A stretch of 53,360 nucleotides of DNA from an uncultured Nitrososphaeraceae archaeon (GTDB lineage Archaea > Thermoproteota > Nitrososphaeria > Nitrososphaerales > Nitrososphaeraceae): contig CAVSMN010000002.1 in assembly GCA_963729045.1 (NCBI GenBank), positions 1 to 53,360 of the forward strand, read 5' to 3'. Below the pieces are notes generated by a model that saw nothing but the letters and a program-made list of their open reading frames with translations, had not been told where the DNA came from and made no database searches. Shown here piece after piece: positions 21,935 to 33,032 of the stretch (the stretch's first letter is position 1; each line of letters starts with the position of its first letter). The position numbers were made by a program, and so were the translations under genes.

Positions 21935-24900
21935 ATGAGCTCCTTCTTAGCACGACTATTGAACCTGAGGTGGACTAATCCAATACCTGAACTGCTTGGC
22001 AACACTCAACTACCGATTGCTATGGGAATATCGATAATAGTATTAGTAATCATTGCTTTGTTAATGACGCGCCAATTATTGGATTATACCCACATATCCG
22101 GTAATATCATGATGATTATGACTATCGTCATTTCTTATGGGATTGGTTCTTTTGTTCTCCTGAGCTTTGCTCATAGGGTAAGTAGAGAATTGAGAGGTAA
22201 ATCACTTTTAAGCAACCTAATGCACTGGACAGTAATTATTGTACAGTTCGGAATTTTGATTACATTGTTATTCATGTTATTTTTTGGAAATCCAGGATAT
22301 ATTTTATCAAAGTCAATATTCGCAGTGAGTTCATTGCTTGCCACGGTGATCATGTTAGTAATAGCTTTTAAATTTTTTTCATGGTATAGGGCCAGCAAGT
22401 ATAAAAGTCCCATAGTCCTGTTCTATGCCCTTGCTGCATTGACTCTAGCTTGTTCTATTTTTGAAGACGCGAGTACAAAATTGCTAATGGTCCAAATCAT
22501 CTATGAAGAGCCTGTGCCTGATAATCAAGTCATAGGATCATCATTTCAATATAAAGGATCTGAGAAATATGATGGACAAGTTGTATTTGTCGATACGAAA
22601 ACAGATGAAACGGCGCTTTTCATAATCCCACAATCATATCTAGAATTGTATAACTATCTTAACTCTATAATTCTGCCAATTGGATTTATTTTCAGATGGA
22701 TAGCCTCTACAATGCTATTGCGGAGTGTTTATAAGAAAATTGGCCCATTTCCAATATATCTTTGGATTATAATGTCTCTACCACTTGTACTCTATTTAAT
22801 TGGTAAGATGCCTGGCTTCTTTTCAGGTGAAAGTCTAGCTGGGATTGACGAAGCATATCGATACTATTTTAGAGTATTATTTAGAGTAGGAACGATAGCT
22901 GGAAATATCTTATTTGGTCTAGCGTTCTTCATCGTTGCGAAGAAATTGAGATCATCAAAAGTTAGAGATTATCTTATCTTAGCAGGTCTTGGTGATACAA
23001 TAGTTGGGATTGCTCTTTCTACTTCAGCGATAGAACCAACCTTCGGTGTTGCTGCACATTCATTAGTTCTTCTTTCTACATATCTATTTACACTTGGCCT
23101 TTATTCTTCCGCTATCACAATTTCACAGGAAATGAAGTTACGACAATCAATAAGAGACTCTGCCATTGAAGAGTCAAAACTTCTAGTTAGCATAGGTTCT
23201 GCACAGATGGTACAAGAAATAGAAAAAAAGGTCTTTGCAGTAGTCGAAAAGGAAAAAGCAGAATTGACTAATCGCACTGGATTACAACCATCATTCACGG
23301 AAGTAGATACAAGAGAGTATCTGGATACAGTACTTAAAGAGATAAAAATAATTCAAAATATTGACGATATTATTTTAAAAAGCAAAAGTATCCTATCTGA
23401 CTCTAGGGAGTTTATTCTGTGTACTAGACCTTCTGGATTAAGATTAGCATACAATAACTATTTTGAAATTTATCAGCAGATTTGCAGAAATGGAAGAATC
23501 CGCGGGCACAGCGGAATTAAGATTATAACATCTATTACAGATAGTAACGATATCGAGATAGTAAACAAGTTTTTGGCATTAGGAATAAATATCAAGCATG
23601 TAAAAAATCTACCACCAATCAACTTTGCCGCTTCAGAAAAAGAAATGATAGCAACGATACAAAAAACAGAAGGTGGACAAATCCTTCAAAACCTACTTAC
23701 AACCAATGAGCCAGCGTATATCGAGCATTTTAATTCAATCTTTGATGAATTATGGGAAAATGGAATTGACATGAAAAATAGGATTAATGATATCGAGACT
23801 GGAGTAGATAATGAAGGGATAGAAATAATTCAAAATCCTGAAACATTCGAGAATTTATTCTACAGCCTCATCATATCTGCGAAGGAAGATATTGTTGGAA
23901 TTTTTTCAACTCCGAATGCATTTAGACGTCAAAAGTATGCTGGGACACTTGATATAATAAGGGAAAGACTAGAAACTAAATCCTTAAATGTAAGAATTTT
24001 GGTCCCGGAGGACAAATTGATTTATCAGACTATAAACGAGTTCGAAGATCAAGGTATTTCAGACAGAATTAAAATTAGACTAATGGAGCCAAGCATGCAA
24101 ACCAAAGTGTCAATAGTAGTGATTGATAAGAAATACTCACTAGCAGTGGAACTAAAAGATGATTCTAAGAATACCGTATCTGAGGCCATTGGATTAGTAA
24201 CGTATTCTAATAGTAAATCAACGGTATTATCCTATTATTCGATTTTTGAAAGTTTATGGAAACAAACAGAATTATACAAACAGTTAAAATTAAACGAGAG
24301 AATGCATAAGGAATTTATTAATACAGCTGCACATGAACTGAGGACACCAATTCAGCCAATCCTTGGGGCGGTAGATATACTTAGAAATAACGCACATAGT
24401 TCCAGGGAAAAGGAGCTTGTTGAAATCGTCAGTCGTAATGCCAGAAGGTTGAAAAAACTTGCTGAGGATATACTTGATGTCACCAAAATGGAAGGATATT
24501 CCTTAAACCTAAATCTGGAAAAATTCAGAATTAGAGATATTATACTAGAGAATATTCACAATTATGAAACAAATTTTGAAAAAAGTAAGATTGAAATTAA
24601 ATATAATGAAGTAGACGACTTACAAATTTTTGCAGACAAAGGTGGCATTAGCCGAGTTATCTCTAATTTGATTAACAATTCAATAAAATTTTTGCCCAGC
24701 CCAGGAGGCTTTATCACTATTACGGTTAAACTAACGAAACTCCAAAATGATGACAAATCCGATTCCATGGTGGAAGTAAGCATAATGGACAACGGGACGG
24801 GAATAGATAGTGAGATACTACCAAAGCTATTTACAAAGTTTGCGACTAAATCTTTTCACGGCATCGGCCTTGGGTTGTTTATTTCAAAGAGCATTATAGA

Positions 24901-25006
24901 GGCACATGGTGGTAGGATATGGGCCGAGAATAACCTGGTTGGACAAGGAGCAACATTTTCATTTGTATTACCCCTTAAGAATTCTGAACAGGGTAACAAC
25001 AAATAA
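21935..25006 (+). CDS. Multi-TM sensor histidine kinase
   Basis: About 10 TM helices; H-box AAHELRTPIQP, N-box NLINNSIKF, G1 DNGTGI and G2 GIGLGLFIS...AHGG. Confidence 0.95.
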   Translation: MSSFLARLLNLRWTNPIPELLGNTQLPIAMGISIIVLVIIALLMTRQLLDYTHISGNIMMIMTIVISYGIGSFVLLSFAHRVSRELRGKSLLSNLMHWTVIIVQFGILITLLFMLFFGNPGYILSKSIFAVSSLLATVIMLVIAFKFFSWYRASKYKSPIVLFYALAALTLACSIFEDASTKLLMVQIIYEEPVPDNQVIGSSFQYKGSEKYDGQVVFVDTKTDETALFIIPQSYLELYNYLNSIILPIGFIFRWIASTMLLRSVYKKIGPFPIYLWIIMSLPLVLYLIGKMPGFFSGESLAGIDEAYRYYFRVLFRVGTIAGNILFGLAFFIVAKKLRSSKVRDYLILAGLGDTIVGIALSTSAIEPTFGVAAHSLVLLSTYLFTLGLYSSAITISQEMKLRQSIRDSAIEESKLLVSIGSAQMVQEIEKKVFAVVEKEKAELTNRTGLQPSFTEVDTREYLDTVLKEIKIIQNIDDIILKSKSILSDSREFILCTRPSGLRLAYNNYFEIYQQICRNGRIRGHSGIKIITSITDSNDIEIVNKFLALGINIKHVKNLPPINFAASEKEMIATIQKTEGGQILQNLLTTNEPAYIEHFNSIFDELWENGIDMKNRINDIETGVDNEGIEIIQNPETFENLFYSLIISAKEDIVGIFSTPNAFRRQKYAGTLDIIRERLETKSLNVRILVPEDKLIYQTINEFEDQGISDRIKIRLMEPSMQTKVSIVVIDKKYSLAVELKDDSKNTVSEAIGLVTYSNSKSTVLSYYSIFESLWKQTELYKQLKLNERMHKEFINTAAHELRTPIQPILGAVDILRNNAHSSREKELVEIVSRNARRLKKLAEDILDVTKMEGYSLNLNLEKFRIRDIILENIHNYETNFEKSKIEIKYNEVDDLQIFADKGGISRVISNLINNSIKFLPSPGGFITITVKLTKLQNDDKSDSMVEVSIMDNGTGIDSEILPKLFTKFATKSFHGIGLGLFISKSIIEAHGGRIWAENNLVGQGATFSFVLPLKNSEQGNNK

Positions 25007-25022
25007 TCGTAGTGGGGCTATT

Positions 25023-25401
25023 ATGATGACCAGAAGAAAAATATTGATAGTCGATGATGAATATGATATCACTTTTGTCTTTAAGATAATACTTGAAGAA
25101 AGAGGATTTGAAGCAGATATTTACAATGACCCAATCGTTGCGTTATCAATGTACAAGACCATGCTATTATGACTTAGTAATGATCGATCTAAAGTTACCT
25201 GGAATGACGGGTTTTGAGTTATATAATCAAATCAGGATGTTTGACAAAAAAACCAAAGTATGCTTTTTGACTTCTAGTGAGCAGTTTCATCAACAATATC
25301 GCAGCAATGAATTTCAAGATTTTGACCCAGAACTTTTCATTCAAAAGCCAGTTGAGAATGAAGTATTGATCAGTAGAATCAACAAAATTATCGAGATGTG
25401 A
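25023..25401 (+). CDS. Stand-alone response regulator receiver (+1 frameshift near 25155)
   Basis: KILIVDDE, DLVMIDLKLPGMTGFEL, FLTS and QKPV. Confidence 0.92.
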
Positions 25402-25677
25402 TCTACTGATAGTTTATCCACTCGAGTTCTTTGATTAAGCCGATAATTTTTTGACTTTAATGAAGTGAATAGGACAAGATTTCAAATTCCGATATGTTAC
25501 AAATCTATATTATTAATACACCCATCTTAACAAGCTAATGGTCAAAGAATGTCAACTCTTACAGACTTGATTAATCCGTTATCCGGTTCTAACTAAATCT
25601 ATATACAATAACAAATTCCATCCTACTAGTCATAATTTTAGTGTGAAATTCAATTAGATAAAGCATATTGATTTTAT

Positions 25678-26133
25678 TTAGATGACAATCACTTTTCCCA
25701 CCATGCCCGGATGTAAGATACAAAAATATGGATATTCACCTGCTAATTCAAATGTGTATTCGTAAGTCTTACCAGTGCTTGCTAATGCTGTTGGACCTGC
25801 CAACCCTGAATCGAAAATACGATCTGGATTAGTATCTCCCACTTCCCCTGAAGTAACAGTATGAAATGAAAAATCGTCATTTATCCATAAAACAGTTTGC
25901 CCAACGTTCACCTCTATAGGATTTGGATTATAAGCAGTGTCAGTTAGAAATGTCGCTCCAGGTACAATGGATACCTGAATTTTATCAGATGTTGGGATTG
26001 TGTCATTTCTGGGCATTGGAGCAATCACATCACCAACTTTTTGAGCATTTACTTGTTGAATATATATTCCATTAGGAACTAAAACTGCAACCAAAGTTAA
26101 ACCAGTCACTAAAAAAAGTGGGTTGATTTTCAT
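25678..26133 (-). CDS. Secreted cupredoxin (plastocyanin/amicyanin-like blue copper protein)
   Basis: Signal peptide, V.W.N.D...HTVT and YFCILHPGMVG type-1 copper ligands. Confidence 0.93.
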   Translation of the reverse strand: MKINPLFLVTGLTLVAVLVPNGIYIQQVNAQKVGDVIAPMPRNDTIPTSDKIQVSIVPGATFLTDTAYNPNPIEVNVGQTVLWINDDFSFHTVTSGEVGDTNPDRIFDSGLAGPTALASTGKTYEYTFELAGEYPYFCILHPGMVGKVIVI

Positions 26134-26413
26134 TAGGGATATGAATAAATTGATCCTTAATATTTCATGTTAAATCAAGGTTCAGCCAAAAGTATTATGA
26201 TAACATTCAATTATCATGCTCAGATTCTTTTTCTGGAGATCTCTGGGAAATTGAGGCGTTTGCTCTCATTATTTTTTTTCAGAAAATTAAGCATGTCTTG
26301 AAGGTTTATAGGGTTGAGACGATTTCAATCAGTCTCAGCCCATAATTATTATTCAGATATTTAAATAAACATTTATTTCCGTACTTTGAGCATCCAACTG
26401 ATATTAAAAGAAA

Positions 26414-27451
26414 ATGAATTTGAATCACCAGACCAAGATATGGTTAATTTTGATTTCGCTATGGGTAATTAATGGTTCCAGCTTCCTTGCTATTAAAGTG
26501 GCTATCGATACGATTCCACCTCTTTTGAGTGCCGGTTTACGGTTTAGTATAGCCGGTGCGATATTGTTCACAGTTTATTTTCTTCAAGTCAATAGATATA
26601 GATTGTGGGAACATCACGACCCCGAGCATTCACAAGAGATGCCTGAAGCGGGACAACAGATTCGAGCACCAGTACAGGTACCTAGGGAACGAATTTCACT
26701 CCAGCAATGGAAGGACAGTCTCATTCTAGGTGTTACTCTATTCTTGGGGGGACAAGGATTGTTAACTTGGGGAGCCCAATACTTAACCTCAGGGATGACA
26801 GGATTGTTAAACTCTACCATTCCTTTATGGGTAGCGATTATAGGCTATTTGATCTATAGATGGTTTAAGAAAGATACTATCGGTAAGAAAATGTCAAGAG
26901 GAACTATCCTAGGGTTGGTCGCTGGTTTTGGTGGATTGATGCTCCTGGTTGGCCCTTCAATTGGTTCAGGAGACCTCAATCCAATTGGAACAGTAGCGCT
27001 AATAATTAGTTCGATTTCATGGGCTATCGGGTCAATCTATTCAACCAGAGCTCAACTCCCAGTTAGTATATTGGCTTCTGCAGGCATGATAATGATTACT
27101 GGAGGCTTGATGCTTACGGGTGTGAGTTTCATATTTGGCGAGTATAGGGATTTGGATTTGATGCAGGTTTCTATCCAGTCTATAGTAGCCCAAATATACT
27201 TGATAGGAATAATTACGGTTGTAGGGTTTACCGATTTTTACTGGCTTTTAAGGGTGACCTCCGCCTCTCTTGCTAATACATTTGCCTACGTTAGTCCAGT
27301 GATAGCAGTGCTTCTAGGGGTGGCAGTTTTGCATGAGACTTTAACTCTGATTACTGTAATAGCGATGGTTATAATCCTCGCAGGAGTCGCATTGATGGTG
27401 ACAAAAAAGAAAGCTCCGAGCAAATCAAAACAGATCAGTCTAGTTGACTAA
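26414..27451 (+). CDS. EamA/DMT family transporter (YedA-like)
   Basis: GSSFLAIK, PPLLSAGLRF, NSTIPLW and AYVSPVIAVLLG; ten TM helices. Confidence 0.93.
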   Translation: MNLNHQTKIWLILISLWVINGSSFLAIKVAIDTIPPLLSAGLRFSIAGAILFTVYFLQVNRYRLWEHHDPEHSQEMPEAGQQIRAPVQVPRERISLQQWKDSLILGVTLFLGGQGLLTWGAQYLTSGMTGLLNSTIPLWVAIIGYLIYRWFKKDTIGKKMSRGTILGLVAGFGGLMLLVGPSIGSGDLNPIGTVALIISSISWAIGSIYSTRAQLPVSILASAGMIMITGGLMLTGVSFIFGEYRDLDLMQVSIQSIVAQIYLIGIITVVGFTDFYWLLRVTSASLANTFAYVSPVIAVLLGVAVLHETLTLITVIAMVIILAGVALMVTKKKAPSKSKQISLVD

Positions 27452-28046
27452 TAGTCAAAACTGCTCTGTTTTGAAAGTACATCCCCTGGGTGTAATATGG
27501 ACGAACCACTTAGTATGAGCCAGATTTTATACTCTATTTTTAAGTAATTTTATCCTGTCTCTTGTAGTTCCGTTGGGTCGAAGACATCCGATCTAGACAA
27601 ATCAATGCCTTTATCGTTCATCTCTCTAGCGAAATTTGCTTACATGTATGCCTATAATCCGATACTTTAAATAAAAAAGCTAGCCAATTTCGTGATTTTG
27701 CATAAACTCTATATACAATGTTGTTTGGGTCCTCAGTATTAAAAGACTTAAGTTTAACCAGCAATAAATTCCAGATTTGAAAGCATAATACACCAGAAAA
27801 AATGTTAGGACAAGACGTGTCCCTTAGGTATTCAACTAGATTTAGATTTGTTAAGAAGAGGTAATTAGAGCAAAAATTGGACTAGGACTAGTTAAACATA
27901 TGACTGAAAAGTTTAATTTTGAAAACCTATTCGATTCAAATTCATTAATCTGGGCTGTCAAATAGTCATCATATTTCGGTTAGAAACAGGTTTCGTTGGA
28001 AGGTAGGAAAAGAATAGTTAAAAAGAGCTCATCCAAATAACTTCTA

Positions 28047-28478
28047 TTGTCTGTTTATATAGACTTGGAAAATATTGATGTTAATACGAGGTCCGTCTTA
28101 TTAAGAGACCTTGAGTTAGAGTTTTTCCCAAATGATAATAATCTTACACGTTACTACACTATTATATACACTGAAAACATTGAGAAAGGAGACATTCAAG
28201 GTAGGCCCAACTATGACCCAGCCACAGTTAAAGGGGTAGAACTAAACGATAATTTAGATCACATAAATGATATCAAACATAAAATTAGAGACATTATACT
28301 AAGAAATTCAATCGCTGAATATGTTGTAACCCGAGATAGAAATTCTACCAATACGATAATCGTAATGAAACGGACAAGCGGAGAATCTATGGGGATATTT
28401 CATTGTAGGCATTGTGCAATGGAATTTGATGACGAAATCCAACTCAGTAGTCATTTACGGATGCATTTTTTTATTTGA
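28047..28478 (+). CDS. Protein with C-terminal C2H2 zinc finger; paralog of 40602-40970
   Basis: CRHCAMEF...LSSHLRMH, preceded by RNSIAEYVV. Confidence 0.8.
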   Translation: MSVYIDLENIDVNTRSVLLRDLELEFFPNDNNLTRYYTIIYTENIEKGDIQGRPNYDPATVKGVELNDNLDHINDIKHKIRDIILRNSIAEYVVTRDRNSTNTIIVMKRTSGESMGIFHCRHCAMEFDDEIQLSSHLRMHFFI

Positions 28479-28605
28479 TACATCCATAAGTCGTGTGTTA
28501 CATTGTAATGTGGTACGGACAGTGGCTGCATGCATCGGAAATAAGAGACTTGATGTGAAATTTTTAGACATTTATTTATAAACATCCTACGACTTCGGTT
28601 CCGAT

Positions 28606-28776
28606 AAAAAAGAATGAATGAATAACAAATATTGCATGATTCGGTACTTTACATCATGATGATACAAGGACATTCATTCTGTTCCTTCTAGCAGACAATA
28701 TCTGAATTACATTTTATTAGAGGATAATAGAATATACGGGTTAATTAAAAAGATACTACCTCTATATCCTGCAAGA
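28606..28776. repeat. 171-bp direct repeat, copy 1
   Basis: Identical to 29834-30004 except for one G/A difference (cattctGttcc vs cattctAttcc). Confidence 0.95.
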
Positions 28777-29085
28777 CTTTAATAAAAACGAAATCAAAAA
28801 ATTGAGAATTAAGTATGAGCCCAAATTAAATACAAAATTGATTTCGCCGGCTTGTATACCAGGCCTGTAACCAAAAAAGGTTACCTCGTTTGACATATCA
28901 AATCACTAGAGTCACCGAACCAGACTGTTACCCTACCCAAATTGAATACTAGCGGTAAAACCCAGCAATCTCCGATGCAAATCAAAGATTTTTAGCCCAT
29001 AGCCAAGATTTATGAGTAGTCAATTGTCACACCATCTTGAAAAGTAGTAATTGTTAATCACCGTAAATTTAATTGATCCCCATTA

Positions 29086-29571
29086 TTACTTATCCCTTCT
29101 TGGAAATAGATCTCCTATGAATTCATAAAATGTAAGTTCAATTAGATACATCGCGTTTGACATTTCAATTACGCTATCCCATAAATATTGTTTACATTCT
29201 ATGGAATTTACATCAACAAACAAGTACTTCTCTACACTGATCACTGAATTTTCAATTTTGCAGAGTAATCTGATTGGCGATAGTATCTTGTGCACTCGTA
29301 TAAAAAGACTATTTTGAACCTCCTCTTTTAGATGTTCAAAGTCGCTTCTATCCTTGGGGTTAAATGCTACGCTCATACGGAGTAAGAACCCATCCTTAAG
29401 ATCAACGTCAGAAACTATTTCAAAAAATTTTATATCCTGGTTTGGTGGAAATACCTTGGCATAGTACTCTGATGAACTAGTTCTGGCGTTTTCCTCCTTT
29501 ATGGTATAATTATAATCCTTCAACCACTGAAGAATAGTGCTATATACTAGATCCTTGTTACTATCAGGCAA
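29086..29571 (-). CDS. Hypothetical protein, DUF2299/YbjN-like paralog
   Basis: QWLKDYNYTIKEE...SEYYAK...FEIVSD.DLKDGFLLR aligns with 7104-7718 and 36537-37001. Confidence 0.7.
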   Translation of the reverse strand: MPDSNKDLVYSTILQWLKDYNYTIKEENARTSSSEYYAKVFPPNQDIKFFEIVSDVDLKDGFLLRMSVAFNPKDRSDFEHLKEEVQNSLFIRVHKILSPIRLLCKIENSVISVEKYLFVDVNSIECKQYLWDSVIEMSNAMYLIELTFYEFIGDLFPRRDK

Positions 29572-29833
29572 TGTGTTCTGTTACTAGATCAAATATTTAA
29601 AGAGATTGAATCTATCATCATCCCCCCTGAAATGTGGTTCTGTTAACTAAATCTCCTATTGCGTCAATGACAAAATATGAGAACTATTCATCGTCATAAC
29701 GAAAAAAGAAACAAATGCTACTTTGGCAATTACCATATGGTGAGCCTCAACTTTTAAGTTGTAGTCAACAATTGAAAACCGGTAATCAAAGTATCCTAGC
29801 CTGCCAATTTTCCATGCAAAAGTTTTATAAAAC

Positions 29834-30004
29834 AAAAAAGAATGAATGAATAACAAATATTGCATGATTCGGTACTTTACATCATGATGATACAAGGACA
29901 TTCATTCTATTCCTTCTAGCAGACAATATCTGAATTACATTTTATTAGAGGATAATAGAATATACGGGTTAATTAAAAAGATACTACCTCTATATCCTGC
30001 AAGA
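29834..30004. repeat. 171-bp direct repeat, copy 2
   Basis: Matches copy 1 at 28606-28776. Confidence 0.95.
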
Positions 30005-30182
30005 ATTCATAATAGAAATAAAACCAAATGCATCTTGCTTTCAAGTTTAAAAATAAAAATGGAAATTCGGCCAACCACATTTTTTAAATTCTGTCGGATT
30101 ATTACAAACTAGTAGATAATTTTTTTCTTGTTCGCTAGACCAAACTATGTTTATAATTAACTTAATTTAAGGTATACCAGAA

Positions 30183-30422
30183 ATGACAAGATTAATTCTC
30201 AAACCAGGTAGATGGTTAATCATAGTCGGAATCTTATTGATAATTATGGGAATCATATTTCAGTTACAGAGTATTTCCTTGATTGGACCTTCTTCTTCTT
30301 TTATGTACTCAAATCAAGATTGGACCTACAATGGCCTTATAATTATGGTGGTAGGTATAGCTTTTTTAGTAATAGGACTTTACGTGAAAACAAAAAATGA
30401 TAGAAATCCCTCAATTTCTTGA
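30183..30422 (+). CDS. Small two-TM membrane protein
   Basis: Two hydrophobic helices joined by GPSSSFMY...W..NG. Confidence 0.8.
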   Translation: MTRLILKPGRWLIIVGILLIIMGIIFQLQSISLIGPSSSFMYSNQDWTYNGLIIMVVGIAFLVIGLYVKTKNDRNPSIS

Positions 30423-30485
30423 AGTTGTTATTTTAAAATCTAAATTTTGATTCTTGTAGTTAGAAAAAAGCTATTGGGTCTAATT

Positions 30486-31112
30486 TCAATGTTTAGTCAG
30501 GTATATAGTAAGTATTTTGATTCTCTCTTGATCGTTACTAAATAAATCTATAAATTTAGATGTATAATTATAAGGTACGCCTTCAATCATATTTCCTACA
30601 TAAAACCCTAAATCGGTAAAAGTCTCAACAATCCACTCTTTCCAATTCATATATTCATCATAAATAACGGGTGAAAAAAACTCGTCTGTAAATTCAGTTA
30701 TCAACAGGAGATGACCATTTTTCTTAATTTTGTGTAAGATGGTCTTGTATATTGGTTTCCAAAATCTCATATTTTCACGATCAATATATTTTGGATGCGG
30801 TAGTATAGACAAAATTTCATCCGCTGAACAATCCGGCAATTGGTCAATCACCCCCTCAAACTGACTATTTACAAATAACAAATTAGATTTCCTATTAGGA
30901 AGTAAAAGACAAGATTTCCTATACTGAGAAGCATCTATTTCTATTCCAAGATAAAAAGTAGTCGTTTCTTCTTCTTTGTTCGATAATCGATATAACAATT
31001 TTCCATCGCCGCTGCCGAGTTCAACTATCAGTTTATCATACTTGGTCAAAAATGACATGTCCATGCAGTGATCCATTTGGCAAAGAACTACATTGGATTT
31101 AAACAAACTCAA
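30486..31112 (-). CDS. SAM-dependent methyltransferase (TrmB/Trm8-like); start uncertain
   Basis: LIVELGSGDG, YLGIEID, LPHP and GHLLLITE. Confidence 0.8.
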   Translation of the reverse strand: MSLFKSNVVLCQMDHCMDMSFLTKYDKLIVELGSGDGKLLYRLSNKEEETTTFYLGIEIDASQYRKSCLLLPNRKSNLLFVNSQFEGVIDQLPDCSADEILSILPHPKYIDRENMRFWKPIYKTILHKIKKNGHLLLITEFTDEFFSPVIYDEYMNWKEWIVETFTDLGFYVGNMIEGVPYNYTSKFIDLFSNDQERIKILTIYLTKH

Positions 31113-31280
31113 TCGCCTCTTTTGGGTTGTTTCTATGTTATGACTAGCTTATCTACTCAGATATTTTGACAGAAAGTGATCATAATAATCATACCCAAAT
31201 AACATGTGCAATCTAGTATTATTTATAACGAAGAAGTAGGAAAAGGAAAAGTAAATTCATAACTAGGTATAATGTAAACT

Positions 31281-32039
31281 ATGGATCGTGCTTTTTTTGA
31301 TCAAGTTATCTTGGTTACTGGTGGTACAGGTGCATTGGGCTCCAAAGTATCAGAAGCGTTTCTGAAATTATCCCCAAGGGCACTTATTATAACATTTAGA
31401 TCTGAAACCGAAATGCAAGAATTGAGGGAAAAAATCCTTGAAAAAAGTAATAGTGTACAAAATGATAATCATGATACAGTAGTCGAATTCATGAAGGTAG
31501 ATATTACTCATGAGAATGAGGTCAAAATACTAATCTCGAATATACTTGAGAAATTTGGACAAATCCATGTTTTAGCAAATATAGTTGGCGGGTATATTGG
31601 TGGCAAAAGTGTAACTGAAACAAGTGAAGAGGAATGGGATAAAATGATGTCTATTAATTTAAAATCTGCATTTCTTATAAGTAAACACGTGTTGACAACT
31701 ATGAAAAAGAAAGAGTTTGGAAAGATTGTTCATGTATCTTCTGCAACAGGAGCAAAAGCAAATGGTAATGATTCTGCCTATGCAGCATCGAAAGCAGGAT
31801 TAATAAGACTAGTTGAATCTATGGCGCAGGAGATAAGGGGTCTAAACATAAATATCAATTGTGTCCTCCCAACTATAATCGATACAGAATCAAACAGGGC
31901 ATCTATGCCTAATTCCAATTATTCAACTTGGATACCACCCCAGGATTTGGCTAAGGTGATTTGCTTCTTAAGTTCGGAGGAATCCAAAGTTATCAATGGG
32001 GTGGCTCTTCCAACCCCGGGAACTTCAATAGGCTCGTAA
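31281..32039 (+). CDS. Short-chain dehydrogenase/reductase
   Basis: TGGTGALG, YAASK and NCVLPTIIDT. Confidence 0.95.
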   Translation: MDRAFFDQVILVTGGTGALGSKVSEAFLKLSPRALIITFRSETEMQELREKILEKSNSVQNDNHDTVVEFMKVDITHENEVKILISNILEKFGQIHVLANIVGGYIGGKSVTETSEEEWDKMMSINLKSAFLISKHVLTTMKKKEFGKIVHVSSATGAKANGNDSAYAASKAGLIRLVESMAQEIRGLNININCVLPTIIDTESNRASMPNSNYSTWIPPQDLAKVICFLSSEESKVINGVALPTPGTSIGS

Positions 32040-32290
32040 TAACTTTTTCCTAATTTAGTGAAGGGCCATCACAGATTTCCTTATATTAATGGGCAAGAAT
32101 CAATCCAGGTTCATCGATAATGGGTGAGATTAAAGCATGATTATCATGAAAATCCGTGTAACGAGGTCGACCATCGGTCAATCTGTAATTTCTATGAAGA
32201 AAATTTCAAAATTGATTGAATTGAATTTTACTGAGTGGGCAACATTAATGAACAAGTTTTATTTTGAGAATCATTAATTATTTAATAAAA

Positions 32291-32949
32291 GTTGTTAATT
32301 TACCGATAAATCTATAGATCAAAGTTGTCTTCTTTTTAATACATACAATAAAAGAAACAGAATACATTCACCAAATATTGGCTATGGATTAAATTTGTAT
32401 TTTCTTGTATTTTCAACTTAAAGTTTTTCAAAGGCAATTTCTTATTTATTTATGTCAAGGAGAAATCACATAACTATCTGAAAACAAACTCAATTGTAAT
32501 ATCCCGAGAAGATATCCATCTCTAAAAGGGATCGCAGAATACATCGATTATGAGACTAATCAGGCTGACTCAAAATTAACCTGGCTATGAGTCGCAATTG
32601 AACTAAAAAGCATGGAAATTCTCGCACTCCATATTAAGAGAGAAACATGTTTGTGGCTGAAAGGTTTCTGTCGTGTTTAATCAATGAGTATAGAAATTAT
32701 CCACTTTATACCAATTATGGTACTTGGTACCCATTGGCCCATAGATTCTTGAGATTGAAACACCAGAATCATTCCATACATGTGGAAAGATTCATTGATA
32801 GGACAATTCAACATTTCACGAGTAGGATCGAAGGTTTTCGGTGACTATTGTTTCTGTATCAAGGCACATTGTAAGCTGTTTTAATTATGTGGCTCAACCT
32901 ATTTGAACGCATAGATACCAAAGTGGTTCTAACCACTAAACTTAACAAC
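32291..32949 (+). mobile_element. Decayed IS6-family element (transposase pseudogene with imperfect terminal inverted repeats)
   Basis: Fragments RNR...IGYGLNLYF, LTWL*VAIE and RNMFVAERFL...GTWYP.A.RFLRLKH...IDRTIQ...RIEGF. Ends GTTGTTAATTTA (32291) and TAAACTTAACAAC (to 32949). Confidence 0.8.
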
Positions 32950-33032
32950 CCAATCAATAATTAAAGTAACTTTATCCTTTAGATTTAGAAAATGAGTTGG
33001 AGGATTTATTTAACGAAAATCATACTAACTAA

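Noticed and set aside
29656..29901. 81-aa ORF as a real gene
   Set aside because: It starts inside the 171-bp repeat and shows only faint IS6-like residues; treated as possible debris.
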